A DNA stretch of 35,837 nt, from the NCBI GenBank assembly GCA_051747805.1, contig JBNJGP010000005.1:23848-59684 (forward strand). Direction: 5' to 3'. The notes beneath the pieces were generated by a model. It was not told the origin of the DNA and searched no databases. It worked only from the letters and a program-made list of their open reading frames with translations. Position 1 is the first letter of the stretch. Every line of letters starts with the position of its first letter. This stretch comes from Candidatus Muiribacteriota bacterium. GTDB lineage: Bacteria > Muiribacteriota > Muiribacteriia > Muiribacteriales > Muiribacteriaceae. Positions 19,293-28,606 of the stretch are shown here, in pieces. A program made the translations under genes and the position numbers.

Positions 19293-19308
19293 AAACGGGG
19301 GGGATTAA

Positions 19309-21477
19309 ATGCGAAAAAAAATTGTTCAGAGAATATTATCTGAAAACATAGATATTGAACAGAGTCAATTTGAGGGTAATGTATCAGAATGGTTTGGTAT
19401 CAATACTTTTAATGATGAGGCGATGAAGGGCAAACTTTCAAAAAGTGTTTATAATAAACTGAAAAAATGCAGGAAAGCTGAATCTGATTTTACAATTCAA
19501 CTAGCCAATGAAATAGCTCATGGGATGAAGGAGTGGGCACTTGAAAGAGGATGTACTCATTATGCTCACTGGTTTCAGCCTTTAACCGGATCAACAGCTG
19601 AAAAACATGATGCTTTTATTACTACAGATGGAAAATCTGTAATTGAGCGTTTTTCGGGCAAAGAATTATTTAAACAGGAACCTGATGCCTCAAGTTTTCC
19701 ATGCGGCGGTTTAAGAGCTACTTTTGAGGCAAGAGGTTATACAGCGTGGGACCCCACTAGTCCCGCATTTATTATTGAGGATGATTCAGGTAATACACTG
19801 TGTATTCCTTCAGTTTTTGTTTCCTATAACGGACACTCCCTTGATCAGAAAAGTCCTCTTCTGCGCTCGGCCGAAGCTCTTGAAATTTCTACGCTGAGAC
19901 TTTTAAAATTATTTGGCGATAAGGATAAAAGAGTTTTTTCTGGGATAGGCTCAGAGCAGGAGTATTTTTTAATTGATAGAAAACTTGCATATCTGCGCCC
20001 GGATTTAGTAATTACTGGAAGAACTTTGTTTGGAGCAAAACCACCTAAAGGACAGGAGTTAGATGATCAGTATTTTGGAAGTATAAAAGAAAGAATGCTT
20101 GACTATATGAGAGACGTTGAAACAGAATCCTATAAACTGGGTATTCCATTAAAAACCAGACATAATGAAGTTGCTCCGCATCAATATGAATTTGCGCCTG
20201 TTTTTGAGGAGGCAAATATTGCGGCTGATCATAATCAGCTTTTAATGGAAATAATGAAAAAAAATGCCCAGAAGCACGGCTTTTTTCTCTCGATGCATGA
20301 AAAACCCTTTTCTAGAATAAACGGTAGTGGAAAACATGTTAACTGGTCTATTAATACAGAAAAACAGAATCTTTTTCAACCGACAAAAAATGCAAATGAT
20401 AAGGTTAAATTTCTGACGTTTTTACTTGCCGCAGTTAGAGGAGTTTATAAACATCCGGAGTTATTAAGAGCATCAATCGCCAGCGCTTCCAATGATAACA
20501 GATTAGGAGCCAACGAGGCGCCACCACCTATAATTTCAATTTTTTTAGGAAGGGCCCTGGCTGATATAAAATCAATAGAAATTGATAAGGCGGATAAAAG
20601 AGCTATAGAAAAAATTTTAGATCTCGGGGCATCAAAATTACCAAATATACTTAAAGACAATACTGATAGAAATCGAACTTCACCTTTTGCGTTTACCGGT
20701 AATAAATTTGAGTTCAGGGCTCCTGGAGCGATGCAGGCTATAGCAATACCTGTAACAATTTTAAACACAATTACTGCCGAGTCAATTGATTATATTTATG
20801 AAAAATTAAATAAAAAAAGGAAAAATAAAGATTTTTTTGAGGCTTCAGTGGAAGTTCTAAAGGAAATAATTCTGGAAATAAAACCAATTCTTTTTGAAGG
20901 CGATAATTATACTGATGAATGGGTAAAAGAGGCTAAAAAGAGAGGGCTTCCAATTTTAAAAACAACTCCTGAAGCTGTTATTTATTATGAAAAGGATAAA
21001 ACTGTAAAGTTGTTTGAAAAATACGGAGTTCTATCAAAAGAAGAGCTGGAGGCTAGATGTGAAATAGAGCTGGAAAGATACTGTAAAACAATTTCTATAG
21101 AATGTCATACAGCTCTGGAAATAGCCAGGACAAAAATATATCCGGCCGCTGTAAAATATCAGAATTTATTAATCAAAAATATCTCAGGCATGAAAGAGTA
21201 TTTTGATAATTATTCAATGGGATTCATGGTTGAAAATAAACTTAAAAATATATGCGAACTTACAGATGTTCTTTTAAGAAATATTGACGAACTTGAAAAA
21301 ATTCTTTTTGAGGTTGAAAATGAAGAGGATAATTTAAAAGAAATTTCTTTCAGATATGCCTATGATGTTATCCCTCTGCTGCAGAATTTACGGGCAGGGG
21401 TTGATGAGCTTGAGCTTGTAATTGATGATGAATTGTGGAATATGCCTAAATATTATGAGCTTCTTTTTATAGATTAG
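19309..21477 (+). CDS. glnN: Glutamine synthetase type III
   Basis: HWFQPLTG.TAEKHD, EPDASSFP, HNEVAP.Q.E, NGSGKH, RLGANEAPP, DRNRTSPFAFTGNKFEFR; 722 aa. Confidence 0.96.
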   Translation: MRKKIVQRILSENIDIEQSQFEGNVSEWFGINTFNDEAMKGKLSKSVYNKLKKCRKAESDFTIQLANEIAHGMKEWALERGCTHYAHWFQPLTGSTAEKHDAFITTDGKSVIERFSGKELFKQEPDASSFPCGGLRATFEARGYTAWDPTSPAFIIEDDSGNTLCIPSVFVSYNGHSLDQKSPLLRSAEALEISTLRLLKLFGDKDKRVFSGIGSEQEYFLIDRKLAYLRPDLVITGRTLFGAKPPKGQELDDQYFGSIKERMLDYMRDVETESYKLGIPLKTRHNEVAPHQYEFAPVFEEANIAADHNQLLMEIMKKNAQKHGFFLSMHEKPFSRINGSGKHVNWSINTEKQNLFQPTKNANDKVKFLTFLLAAVRGVYKHPELLRASIASASNDNRLGANEAPPPIISIFLGRALADIKSIEIDKADKRAIEKILDLGASKLPNILKDNTDRNRTSPFAFTGNKFEFRAPGAMQAIAIPVTILNTITAESIDYIYEKLNKKRKNKDFFEASVEVLKEIILEIKPILFEGDNYTDEWVKEAKKRGLPILKTTPEAVIYYEKDKTVKLFEKYGVLSKEELEARCEIELERYCKTISIECHTALEIARTKIYPAAVKYQNLLIKNISGMKEYFDNYSMGFMVENKLKNICELTDVLLRNIDELEKILFEVENEEDNLKEISFRYAYDVIPLLQNLRAGVDELELVIDDELWNMPKYYELLFID

Positions 21478-21572
21478 GTTATCGGTAACAAAAAACTTGA
21501 CAAAAAGATTTTAAAAGTATTTAATATAATAGAATCTTAAGCAAACGGTTACCTTAAAGCCTCATATAATTC

Positions 21573-21600
21573 TAAACTTTTTTCTGGATATAGCCGATGT
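21573..21600 (+). promoter_or_regulatory. Putative sigma28 (FliA/SigD) promoter
   Basis: TAAA (21573-21576), 16 nt, GCCGATGT (21593-21600). A sigma70-like TTGACA-N17-TTTAAT also lies at 21497-21525. Confidence 0.6.
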
Positions 21601-21642
21601 ACTAATTATAAGAACAAAAGTCCGGCAAAAGAGAGGGAATAT

Positions 21643-21951
21643 ATGAGTTTAGGAATTAATGAAGTATCAACTCTTAGTAGTATCTCGAGGCAAAATAGCA
21701 TAGAGAATAAATCTATGCCAAAAAATGTTGAAAAGCTTAAAGAGACATGTAATGAGTTTGAGGCAATATTTGCACAGCAGATGCTTAAAGCAATGAGGGA
21801 AACCGTTAATAAAACAGGTTTTGTTGATGGGGGAAATGCAGAAGAAATTTTTCAATCAATGCTTGATGAGGAATATGCTAATAAAATGTCAAAAGAAGGC
21901 GATCTTGGATTGTCAGAAATGTTGTTTGAACAGCTGAAACCCGGACTTTGA
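21643..21951 (+). CDS. flgJ: Single-domain flagellar rod-binding protein (FlgJ N-terminal domain)
   Basis: LKETCNEFEAIFAQQMLKAMR..FQSMLDEEYA..LGLSEMLFEQL. Confidence 0.88.
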   Translation: MSLGINEVSTLSSISRQNSIENKSMPKNVEKLKETCNEFEAIFAQQMLKAMRETVNKTGFVDGGNAEEIFQSMLDEEYANKMSKEGDLGLSEMLFEQLKPGL

Positions 21952-22048
21952 TAATTTTACTTAAATATTCTAAATATTCTGAAGCATTTTTAGGTGGGGT
22001 TAGATTATCCCAAAAAATAATTATCAAAAATAAAAGGAATAATATCTT

Positions 22049-23314
22049 ATGAAATCATTTGCTGAACTTAAGGAATTAAAAAAAAGAGAAGTTAATACTC
22101 TTGCAAAAAAGTATGGAGTTAAAAAAGATACTGGTGAAACAACCGAGGAGTATTTAAGCCGTATACTTCTTGTAATGGCAAAAAAAGAAAATGTACCAAT
22201 GTCACAAGGAGTGCTGGAAATATTACCTGATGGTTATGGTTTTTTACGCTCTCAAACATTTACTCAATGTCGTGAGGACGTATATGTATCACCTGTTCAA
22301 ATCAGAAGATTTAATCTTTTAACAGGCGATCAGATTATTGGTCAGGTTAGATTGCCGGATGACCCCGATAAATACAGAGCGTTAACTAAAATAGAGGCAA
22401 TAAACGGTTTTACTATGGAGGAAATACGTTCAAGGGTTATTTTTGATAAATTAATTCCGATTTTTCCAGAAGAAATGATTCCGCTTGAAAGAAAAGATGG
22501 TAATATTTCACCTAGAATTATTGATGTTATCACACCAGTAGGCAAGGGACAGAGAGGTCTTATTGTGGCTCCGCCCAAAGCTGGTAAAACAACATTATTA
22601 AAAGAAATAGCGAATTCTATCAGCGAAAATAATCCAGAGGCCACTCTTATAATATTATTGATTGATGAACGGCCTGAAGAAGTTACTGATATTAGAAGAT
22701 CAACAAAAGCCGAGGTTGTCTCATCTACTTTTGATGAGCCAATTCAAAAACATATTCAGGTTTCAGAGATTGTACTTGAAAGGGCCAAAAGACTTGTAGA
22801 GCAGGGAAAGGAAGTTGTAGTTCTGCTTGACAGTATTACAAGGCTTGCAAGAGCCTATAATCTGGCTCTTCCAACAACCGGGCAGACTCTTTCAGGTGGT
22901 GTTAATCCCGCCGCTTTATATAAGCCAAAAAGATTTTTTGGTGCGGCAAGAAACATTGAAAACGGAGGAAGTCTTACAATTCTTGCAACAGCCCTTGTAG
23001 ATACTGGCTCTAAAATGGATGATGTTATTTTTGAAGAATTTAAAGGAACTGGAAACCTTGAGCTTATACTTGATAGAAAACTGTTTGACAGACGTATATT
23101 CCCCGCTATTGATATAAAACGCTCTTCTACGCGTAAAGAAGAACTATTGGTTGAAGGCCAGGTTTTAAATAGAGTTTGGATGTTGAGAAAAGTCCTTGAG
23201 CCGTTAAGTCCCGCAGAGGCTATGGAGCTTCTTAGAAAAAGAATGAAAAACACAAGAAACAATGTAGAATTTTTGCTTTCGTTGAATAAATATGATAACG
23301 TTGAGGAGTATTAG
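22049..23314 (+). CDS. rho: Transcription termination factor Rho
   Basis: GVLEILPDGYGFLR, APPKAGKT, LIDERPEEVTD, FEEFKGTGN. Confidence 0.98.
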   Translation: MKSFAELKELKKREVNTLAKKYGVKKDTGETTEEYLSRILLVMAKKENVPMSQGVLEILPDGYGFLRSQTFTQCREDVYVSPVQIRRFNLLTGDQIIGQVRLPDDPDKYRALTKIEAINGFTMEEIRSRVIFDKLIPIFPEEMIPLERKDGNISPRIIDVITPVGKGQRGLIVAPPKAGKTTLLKEIANSISENNPEATLIILLIDERPEEVTDIRRSTKAEVVSSTFDEPIQKHIQVSEIVLERAKRLVEQGKEVVVLLDSITRLARAYNLALPTTGQTLSGGVNPAALYKPKRFFGAARNIENGGSLTILATALVDTGSKMDDVIFEEFKGTGNLELILDRKLFDRRIFPAIDIKRSSTRKEELLVEGQVLNRVWMLRKVLEPLSPAEAMELLRKRMKNTRNNVEFLLSLNKYDNVEEY

Positions 23315-23357
23315 TTTATACTAAAATAAGTAAAATATATTCGGCAAGGTTAAAAAA

Positions 23358-24230
23358 ATGAAGTTTCCTGAAAGCCGATTCAATATTCAGATTAATGTGG
23401 ATTTTTATCTTACAGTATTTTTTTATACTGCTGTAATCAAAATTTTATTAATATCTATTTTGGGATTAAATTTACATAAGTTTGATTATAGCGTTTACAG
23501 ACAGACTTATTCTAATAAAAATATTCATCAATCTGAAGTTTTAAAAAAAAATGAAATTCCTGTAGAAAATAATGTCAATCTTGCCTCAATTATAGGCGAC
23601 GATATAAACAAAGCAGTAAAATTTAATGTTGAAGAAAATATTCCAGATGGGGTTGAATTAATTGAATATCGTGTAAAACCAGGTGACAGTATTTGGTTGA
23701 TCAGCCGTAAACACCAAATTAGTCCGGCAGAATTTCTGAAATTCAATAATCTTAAAACAGAAGTATTATATAAAAATCAAATTGTTAAAATTCCTGATTA
23801 TTCTGGCAGAGTTGAACTGCCTGCCCATGAGATAAATTTATTATGGCCTGTAAACGGATGGGTTTCATCTGGTTTTGGCAAACGAGTTCATCCAATTACC
23901 GGAAGGTATGATTTTCACGATGGAATAGATATTGTTTCAGATCCCGATGCGCCTATAAGAGCTTCGGAAACTGGTATAGTTATATTTTCAGACAATAGAC
24001 GTTTTGCTGGAAATACTATTGTTATCAGACATATAGATGGATTTTCATCTATATACGCCCACTGCAGCCAGTTGCTTGTTGAAAAAGGTGATTATGTTGC
24101 CAAAGGTGATATTATAGGCAGAATTGGTAAAACAGGTCTTGCAACAGGATATCATGTTCATTTTGCCGTTAAATTATACGGAACATATGTGAATCCTATA
24201 AAATATTTACGGCAGTATATAATTGATTAA
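23358..24230 (+). CDS. Membrane-anchored LysM + M23 peptidase
   Basis: LysM YRVKPGDSIWLIS; M23 HDGID, YAH, HVHF. Confidence 0.92.
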   Translation: MKFPESRFNIQINVDFYLTVFFYTAVIKILLISILGLNLHKFDYSVYRQTYSNKNIHQSEVLKKNEIPVENNVNLASIIGDDINKAVKFNVEENIPDGVELIEYRVKPGDSIWLISRKHQISPAEFLKFNNLKTEVLYKNQIVKIPDYSGRVELPAHEINLLWPVNGWVSSGFGKRVHPITGRYDFHDGIDIVSDPDAPIRASETGIVIFSDNRRFAGNTIVIRHIDGFSSIYAHCSQLLVEKGDYVAKGDIIGRIGKTGLATGYHVHFAVKLYGTYVNPIKYLRQYIID

Positions 24231-24233
24231 AGG

Positions 24234-24308
24234 TGGTGGGCACTGCGGGATTTGAACCTGCGACCCCTTGCCTGTCAAGCAAGTGCTCTCCCCCTGAGCT
24301 AAGTGCCC
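24234..24308 (-). tRNA. tRNA-Val(GAC)
   Basis: 75-nt cloverleaf GGGCACT...CTTGC-TTGACAG-GCAAG...TTCAAAT...AGTGCCC-ACCA with encoded CCA. Confidence 0.96.
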
Positions 24309-24315
24309 TTGAGCT

Positions 24316-25734
24316 TTAAAAAATAAGGCTGGCGATAAATCCGGTAAGCTTTTCTACTAATCCAACTTCATCAGGAACTATTGACTTATTCTGCCAGTCC
24401 CATAAAAACATTGATTCATATGCCGACGCCAGTTGAGGGCTGTTGAAGAAAAAAAATGATTCATAATTGGCATCAAAGGCATTTGAGGCAAAATTTGTAG
24501 AACCTGTTCCAACATATTTTGAATCAACAACAATCATTTTTGAATGCAGTTCCTGCCCTGGGTCAATAGCATAATGTCTGACTTCCCCGTTGAAATTATT
24601 GAATTTTTTTGAAAGTTGCTGAAAAGTGCCAAGAATTTTATTATTAGGACCACCTTTCCAATCAAAAGAGTACAGGTGAGCGGCAGGGTCAACAAGAATT
24701 TTAACATCAACCCCTCTTTTAGCTGCTTTTGCAACTTCTTCTATAATCTTTTCTTCGTTAAAAAGAAGCTGTGCTATATAAACTGTATGTTCGGCCCTTC
24801 TAATCATATTAAGAAGCGGAGCAAGAGTGTTATAACCGTAAGGAGCAGTAACAGTTGCATACGCATCGGCCTGTATATAACCTTTATTTTGTATTTTATC
24901 TCTCATAAGTTTTTCAGCTTTTATATCATTATAATAAACCATATCAGAATAATTAAGAGCATGTCCTAATATCCAGTTATTTATAAAAATCTTCTCGATT
25001 TCCCTAACAAAGGGACCAATTACCTCAACCATTGAATCATGATTAGAGGCAACTGTGTCTGCAAAATTCATACCGCCTATCATAGCCTGAATACCATCTA
25101 TAAGTATAATTTTATTATGGTCAACCTGAATTGGCCGAAGGCCTTTTAAAAATCTGGTGTTTGCAAAAACAACAGGAAGATTTTTATCAGTTGCAGCATT
25201 AACCTTTTCTTTGTATGGAGGTTTTGCAGAGTTTCTTCTTTTGTGGGGATTTACAAGTTCAAATTCATCATCATAAAAACCATAAAAATCATATAAATTA
25301 TCAAAATCATCTTTGCTTAAAGATTTAAAACGATTATAATCGTTAGGATGAGGAGTTTCTGAGGAAGAGAACTGAAATTTGGGTTTAGATAAAATTAATC
25401 TGACATCAACCCCATCATCGATTTTCTGTTCAAGAATATCAAGGATTTTTTCTCCAATAGTCCCTCCGAAAAGATACATGCTGAAATAAATTGATTCTTC
25501 TGCACTTTCAAACATCTCAAGGGCGCGTGTGTAAACCTCATCAGAATCAATAAAAAGTTTTGCCGCACAGGCCTGGAAATTGAAATAATCGATATCAAGC
25601 ATTTTATTTTCAAGATTACGTTTATAATATCTGTCTGCACTACCAGGTAGAATAAAAGGTTTATCATAATATTCTGAGGCCGCACTTAAAATAACAGATA
25701 TAACAATTAGTAGCAGTAAAAAATATTTTTTCAT
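24316..25734 (-). CDS. Secreted phospholipase D / cardiolipin synthase-like protein
   Basis: Signal peptide; two HKD motifs HNKIILID..GGMN and HSKMIVVD..GSTN. Confidence 0.9.
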   Translation of the reverse strand: MKKYFLLLLIVISVILSAASEYYDKPFILPGSADRYYKRNLENKMLDIDYFNFQACAAKLFIDSDEVYTRALEMFESAEESIYFSMYLFGGTIGEKILDILEQKIDDGVDVRLILSKPKFQFSSSETPHPNDYNRFKSLSKDDFDNLYDFYGFYDDEFELVNPHKRRNSAKPPYKEKVNAATDKNLPVVFANTRFLKGLRPIQVDHNKIILIDGIQAMIGGMNFADTVASNHDSMVEVIGPFVREIEKIFINNWILGHALNYSDMVYYNDIKAEKLMRDKIQNKGYIQADAYATVTAPYGYNTLAPLLNMIRRAEHTVYIAQLLFNEEKIIEEVAKAAKRGVDVKILVDPAAHLYSFDWKGGPNNKILGTFQQLSKKFNNFNGEVRHYAIDPGQELHSKMIVVDSKYVGTGSTNFASNAFDANYESFFFFNSPQLASAYESMFLWDWQNKSIVPDEVGLVEKLTGFIASLIF

Positions 25735-25761
25735 TCTTTAACACTCCCTTAAGTTTTTAGA

Positions 25762-25804
25762 AGCTTGAGCTCAGCAAATTTTCTGATTTTGCTGAACTCA
25801 AGCT
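25762..25804 (-). other. Intergenic 17-bp stem-loop
   Basis: Minus strand AGCTTGAGTTCAGCAAA-loop-TTTGCTGAGCTCAAGCT; the single mismatch is a G-U pair on this strand; no U-tract. Confidence 0.7.
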
Positions 25805-25823
25805 AAAAGTTCAGAATTGCATT

Positions 25824-27692
25824 TTAATTCAAGGAAAGTAATGTACCGGCTATATAGCCAACAGTGCCTTTGGCAGCTCCGTTTAAGACTTTTACTTTAA
25901 CCCAGCCCTTACCAACATTTTCTAAAATATCAACTTTAGTATGTCTGTGAAGGGTATCAATTATTTCATTATTAGTACCTGGGCCTTTTCTAATATTTGC
26001 AGCCTTTACATCTATATAAGCAATCCATTGAAATTCCTCTTGAGTTTCTTCCTGCTGTGTATCTGTTTCAAAACCGTCAATTTTCTGTCCGAGGTTACCG
26101 CCACTTACGATATGAGCAATTTCATCTAGATACTGAGAAGTTCCCTCATAAGAAGGAATATGAGAATAATAAACATCAAGCATTTTATTCCATTCTGAAT
26201 CCCTGTTAAAATCAAGTTGTGCATATTTATCAGACATTAATCTATTATAAATTTTAACAAGTTTTTCATTACTGTTTGGGAACATAAAAATTGAGGTTAC
26301 TCCACCGCCGCGGACACCATTAAAATTATGATTAGATGCGTACTGTGCAAGACCGGCCCTGTCGATCATAGCCTGAACTCTCTGGGCATGGTCTCTTATA
26401 GTGTGCATAGCAATATTATTGGAGCGGAAAGAGGCCAGGTATTTCATAAACATGCCAAGGTCAATATATTCATATTCATAATCACCAGAATTTTCAGTAT
26501 AAACACCCTGGAAAAGACCACCAAATTTTTCTGAATTTCCGCGTGCTTCAGTAAGCATAGCTACCATTTCATCCCGCGTTCTGCTATTTTCTAGATTTTT
26601 TCTGATTATGTATCCAAGTTCATTTAAAGAAGGAACTGCCCTTCTTAAAGCACGTAAATCAATACATTCTGCGGTTAATTCAAGGTCAGAAACATTTTGA
26701 ATAATTTTTTTGTTTGTATTTTTAATAGAGCTGTACATATGTTTAGCCATTTGTTCTGGAGAAACAGGTCTTGAGGAATCTTTAAGTCTGGAAAGGAAGG
26801 CTGTATCAAAACCAAGATTACTAATTCCCATAACAGTAGTTAAAATACCCTCGGCAACCCCATATTGAGAGGTTTGTGAACCAACAAAATAATCAAAGTG
26901 TTTGGCAAATTGATAGGCTGTTTCAACCTGATTCATAAGACAGGATCTGAATGCAATAATATCAATTCTATCATTTCCAAGAACTCTGTCTAAAACAGAA
27001 GTTGATTGATTAAGGGAAATACAATCTTCCTGAGTATGATCATAAGCAAAAGATCTGCGGGGGTTCTGTTTGGATTTATACAGAGAAGGTGGATAAAAAG
27101 ATTCGGGAGTTCGTAAATTAGAAATATCTATATTGTTAATACCTGAGTTTCTGCGCACACCCATTCTTGCAATATCGGCTGTAATAGAATCTGGTCCGTC
27201 AACAGAAATCCATCCTGTTCCATGACCAAGAACAAAAAGCATGCGGTTATCGGCCGGATATTCTAAAGCCCAGTTAAGAAAATCCTCAAAAGTTCTGGGG
27301 TCACCCATATTCTTATTAGGAAATTCGCCGCGGACAACAAGCTCGTTTTCTCTAATATAATATCTTTTAGAAGGAATATACTTTGCGTTTCTGAAATCAA
27401 TCTGTGCAATTAGATGAGCTTTACCGTCAGCATCACCGATTTCTACCATATCTATAAGTTCCTGTAGCATTGCTTTTTCAAGCTGCGGTTCAATATCAAG
27501 CGAGCCATAAATCATAACAGCCCATTCACGGTTTTCGCTTTCCTGACTTAAAGGACCATGATTTTTTTCTATTTTGTCAATAACTCTTTGTGGATCTTTA
27601 TCCAGTTGTGCAACAACGTCGTCGCACCCGGTAATTAGAAAAATAAAAACAAAAAGCATTGAAAGCATTAGCATTTTTTTAACTTTCTGCAT
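25824..27692 (-). CDS. Clostripain-family (peptidase C11) lipoprotein with C-terminal SH3b domain
   Basis: Start moved to ATG 27692 (AAGGGGG RBS, lipobox LITGC). WAVMIY, NMGDP.T..FL.W...YPA, catalytic GHGTGW and SCLM. SH3b NIRKGPGT..GWVKV..GYI. Confidence 0.88.
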   Translation of the reverse strand: MQKVKKMLMLSMLFVFIFLITGCDDVVAQLDKDPQRVIDKIEKNHGPLSQESENREWAVMIYGSLDIEPQLEKAMLQELIDMVEIGDADGKAHLIAQIDFRNAKYIPSKRYYIRENELVVRGEFPNKNMGDPRTFEDFLNWALEYPADNRMLFVLGHGTGWISVDGPDSITADIARMGVRRNSGINNIDISNLRTPESFYPPSLYKSKQNPRRSFAYDHTQEDCISLNQSTSVLDRVLGNDRIDIIAFRSCLMNQVETAYQFAKHFDYFVGSQTSQYGVAEGILTTVMGISNLGFDTAFLSRLKDSSRPVSPEQMAKHMYSSIKNTNKKIIQNVSDLELTAECIDLRALRRAVPSLNELGYIIRKNLENSRTRDEMVAMLTEARGNSEKFGGLFQGVYTENSGDYEYEYIDLGMFMKYLASFRSNNIAMHTIRDHAQRVQAMIDRAGLAQYASNHNFNGVRGGGVTSIFMFPNSNEKLVKIYNRLMSDKYAQLDFNRDSEWNKMLDVYYSHIPSYEGTSQYLDEIAHIVSGGNLGQKIDGFETDTQQEETQEEFQWIAYIDVKAANIRKGPGTNNEIIDTLHRHTKVDILENVGKGWVKVKVLNGAAKGTVGYIAGTLLSLN

Positions 27693-27772
27693 AAAACCCC
27701 CCTTAATTTTAATAATAATTATTAACATTATATAATAAAATAAATAAAATTGCCAATGATTTTTATTTTTAT

Positions 27773-27899
27773 CAGCAATTCTCAATGAAAATAGAGAAAA
27801 TCCTTGATTTGATGGGGTCAGCGCCGACATCACTTTGCGAAAAAGCAAAGTGTGTAGGCCTGACCACTAAAGGATTTTCGGCTAAATTGAGAATTGCTG
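27773..27899. other. 127-bp imperfect palindrome (structured RNA or MITE-like)
   Basis: Nested stems CAGCAATTCTCAAT/ATTGAGAATTGCTG, GAAAATCCTT/AAGGATTTTC, GGTCAG/CTGACC, CACTTTGC/GCAAAGTG. Confidence 0.8.
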
Positions 27900-27965
27900 T
27901 ATTTTTATAAAAAAGGGTTCAACAGTTTCTTGACTATCAACATAAATTAATTATATAGTAATAAC

Positions 27966-28583
27966 ATGTTTTATAAAGATGAAGATTTGAAATTTTTAAA
28001 ACCAGCTCCCAATCTCCGTGAGCTAATGATATTAAACCAGCTCCATAAAAATCCCAAAACTTCTCAGGCTTTTTTATCAAAAATTCTGGGGATATCTGTT
28101 TCAATGGTAAATAAATATATATCGGGTTTTGTTGAGGCCGGATTGATTAATATTAAAGGAAAAACAAACCGGGATACAACTTACAATCTTACAGATAAAG
28201 GTGCTGAAATAAAAAGAAAAAGACTGATTTCCTATATGGTTGAAACAATAAAATTGTATAAAGATGCCAAAAACGAGTTTCTAATTAAAATTGAGAGCTT
28301 CAGAGATTCGGGAGTAAATAAAATTGCTTTTTATGGCGCAGGCGAAACTGCAGAAATTGCTATAAATGCAGCTTTTGAAGCAGGATTGAAAATTATTGCT
28401 GTAGTTGATCAGGATGATAAAAAACAGGGTAAAACAATAAACGGAATTCTTGTGGTTCCTCCCAGTATGCTTGAAAATATGGATTTTGATGGAATAATTA
28501 TCAGTTCATTTGGTTATACAAATGAAATATATTCAAATATAAAACATTATCTGAAAAAAGATAAAAAAATATTAAAACTTTAA
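27966..28583 (+). CDS. MarR-type winged-helix regulator with C-terminal Rossmann-like domain
   Basis: SQAFLSKILGISVSMVNKYI..YNLTDKG, then IAFYGAGETA..AVVD. Confidence 0.85.
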   Translation: MFYKDEDLKFLKPAPNLRELMILNQLHKNPKTSQAFLSKILGISVSMVNKYISGFVEAGLINIKGKTNRDTTYNLTDKGAEIKRKRLISYMVETIKLYKDAKNEFLIKIESFRDSGVNKIAFYGAGETAEIAINAAFEAGLKIIAVVDQDDKKQGKTINGILVVPPSMLENMDFDGIIISSFGYTNEIYSNIKHYLKKDKKILKL

Positions 28584-28606
28584 AAGGCCTTTGTTCGTAT
28601 CGAATT

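Noticed and set aside
21535..21580. GCAAAC...AAAGCC...CTAA fragments suggesting a c-di-GMP-I riboswitch before flgJ
   Set aside because: No GNRA-capped stem or supporting pairing could be built.
27693..27848. 52-aa N-terminal extension of the clostripain ORF in the track
   Set aside because: RBS, signal peptide and lipobox point to ATG 27692; the extension crosses the promoter and the palindrome.
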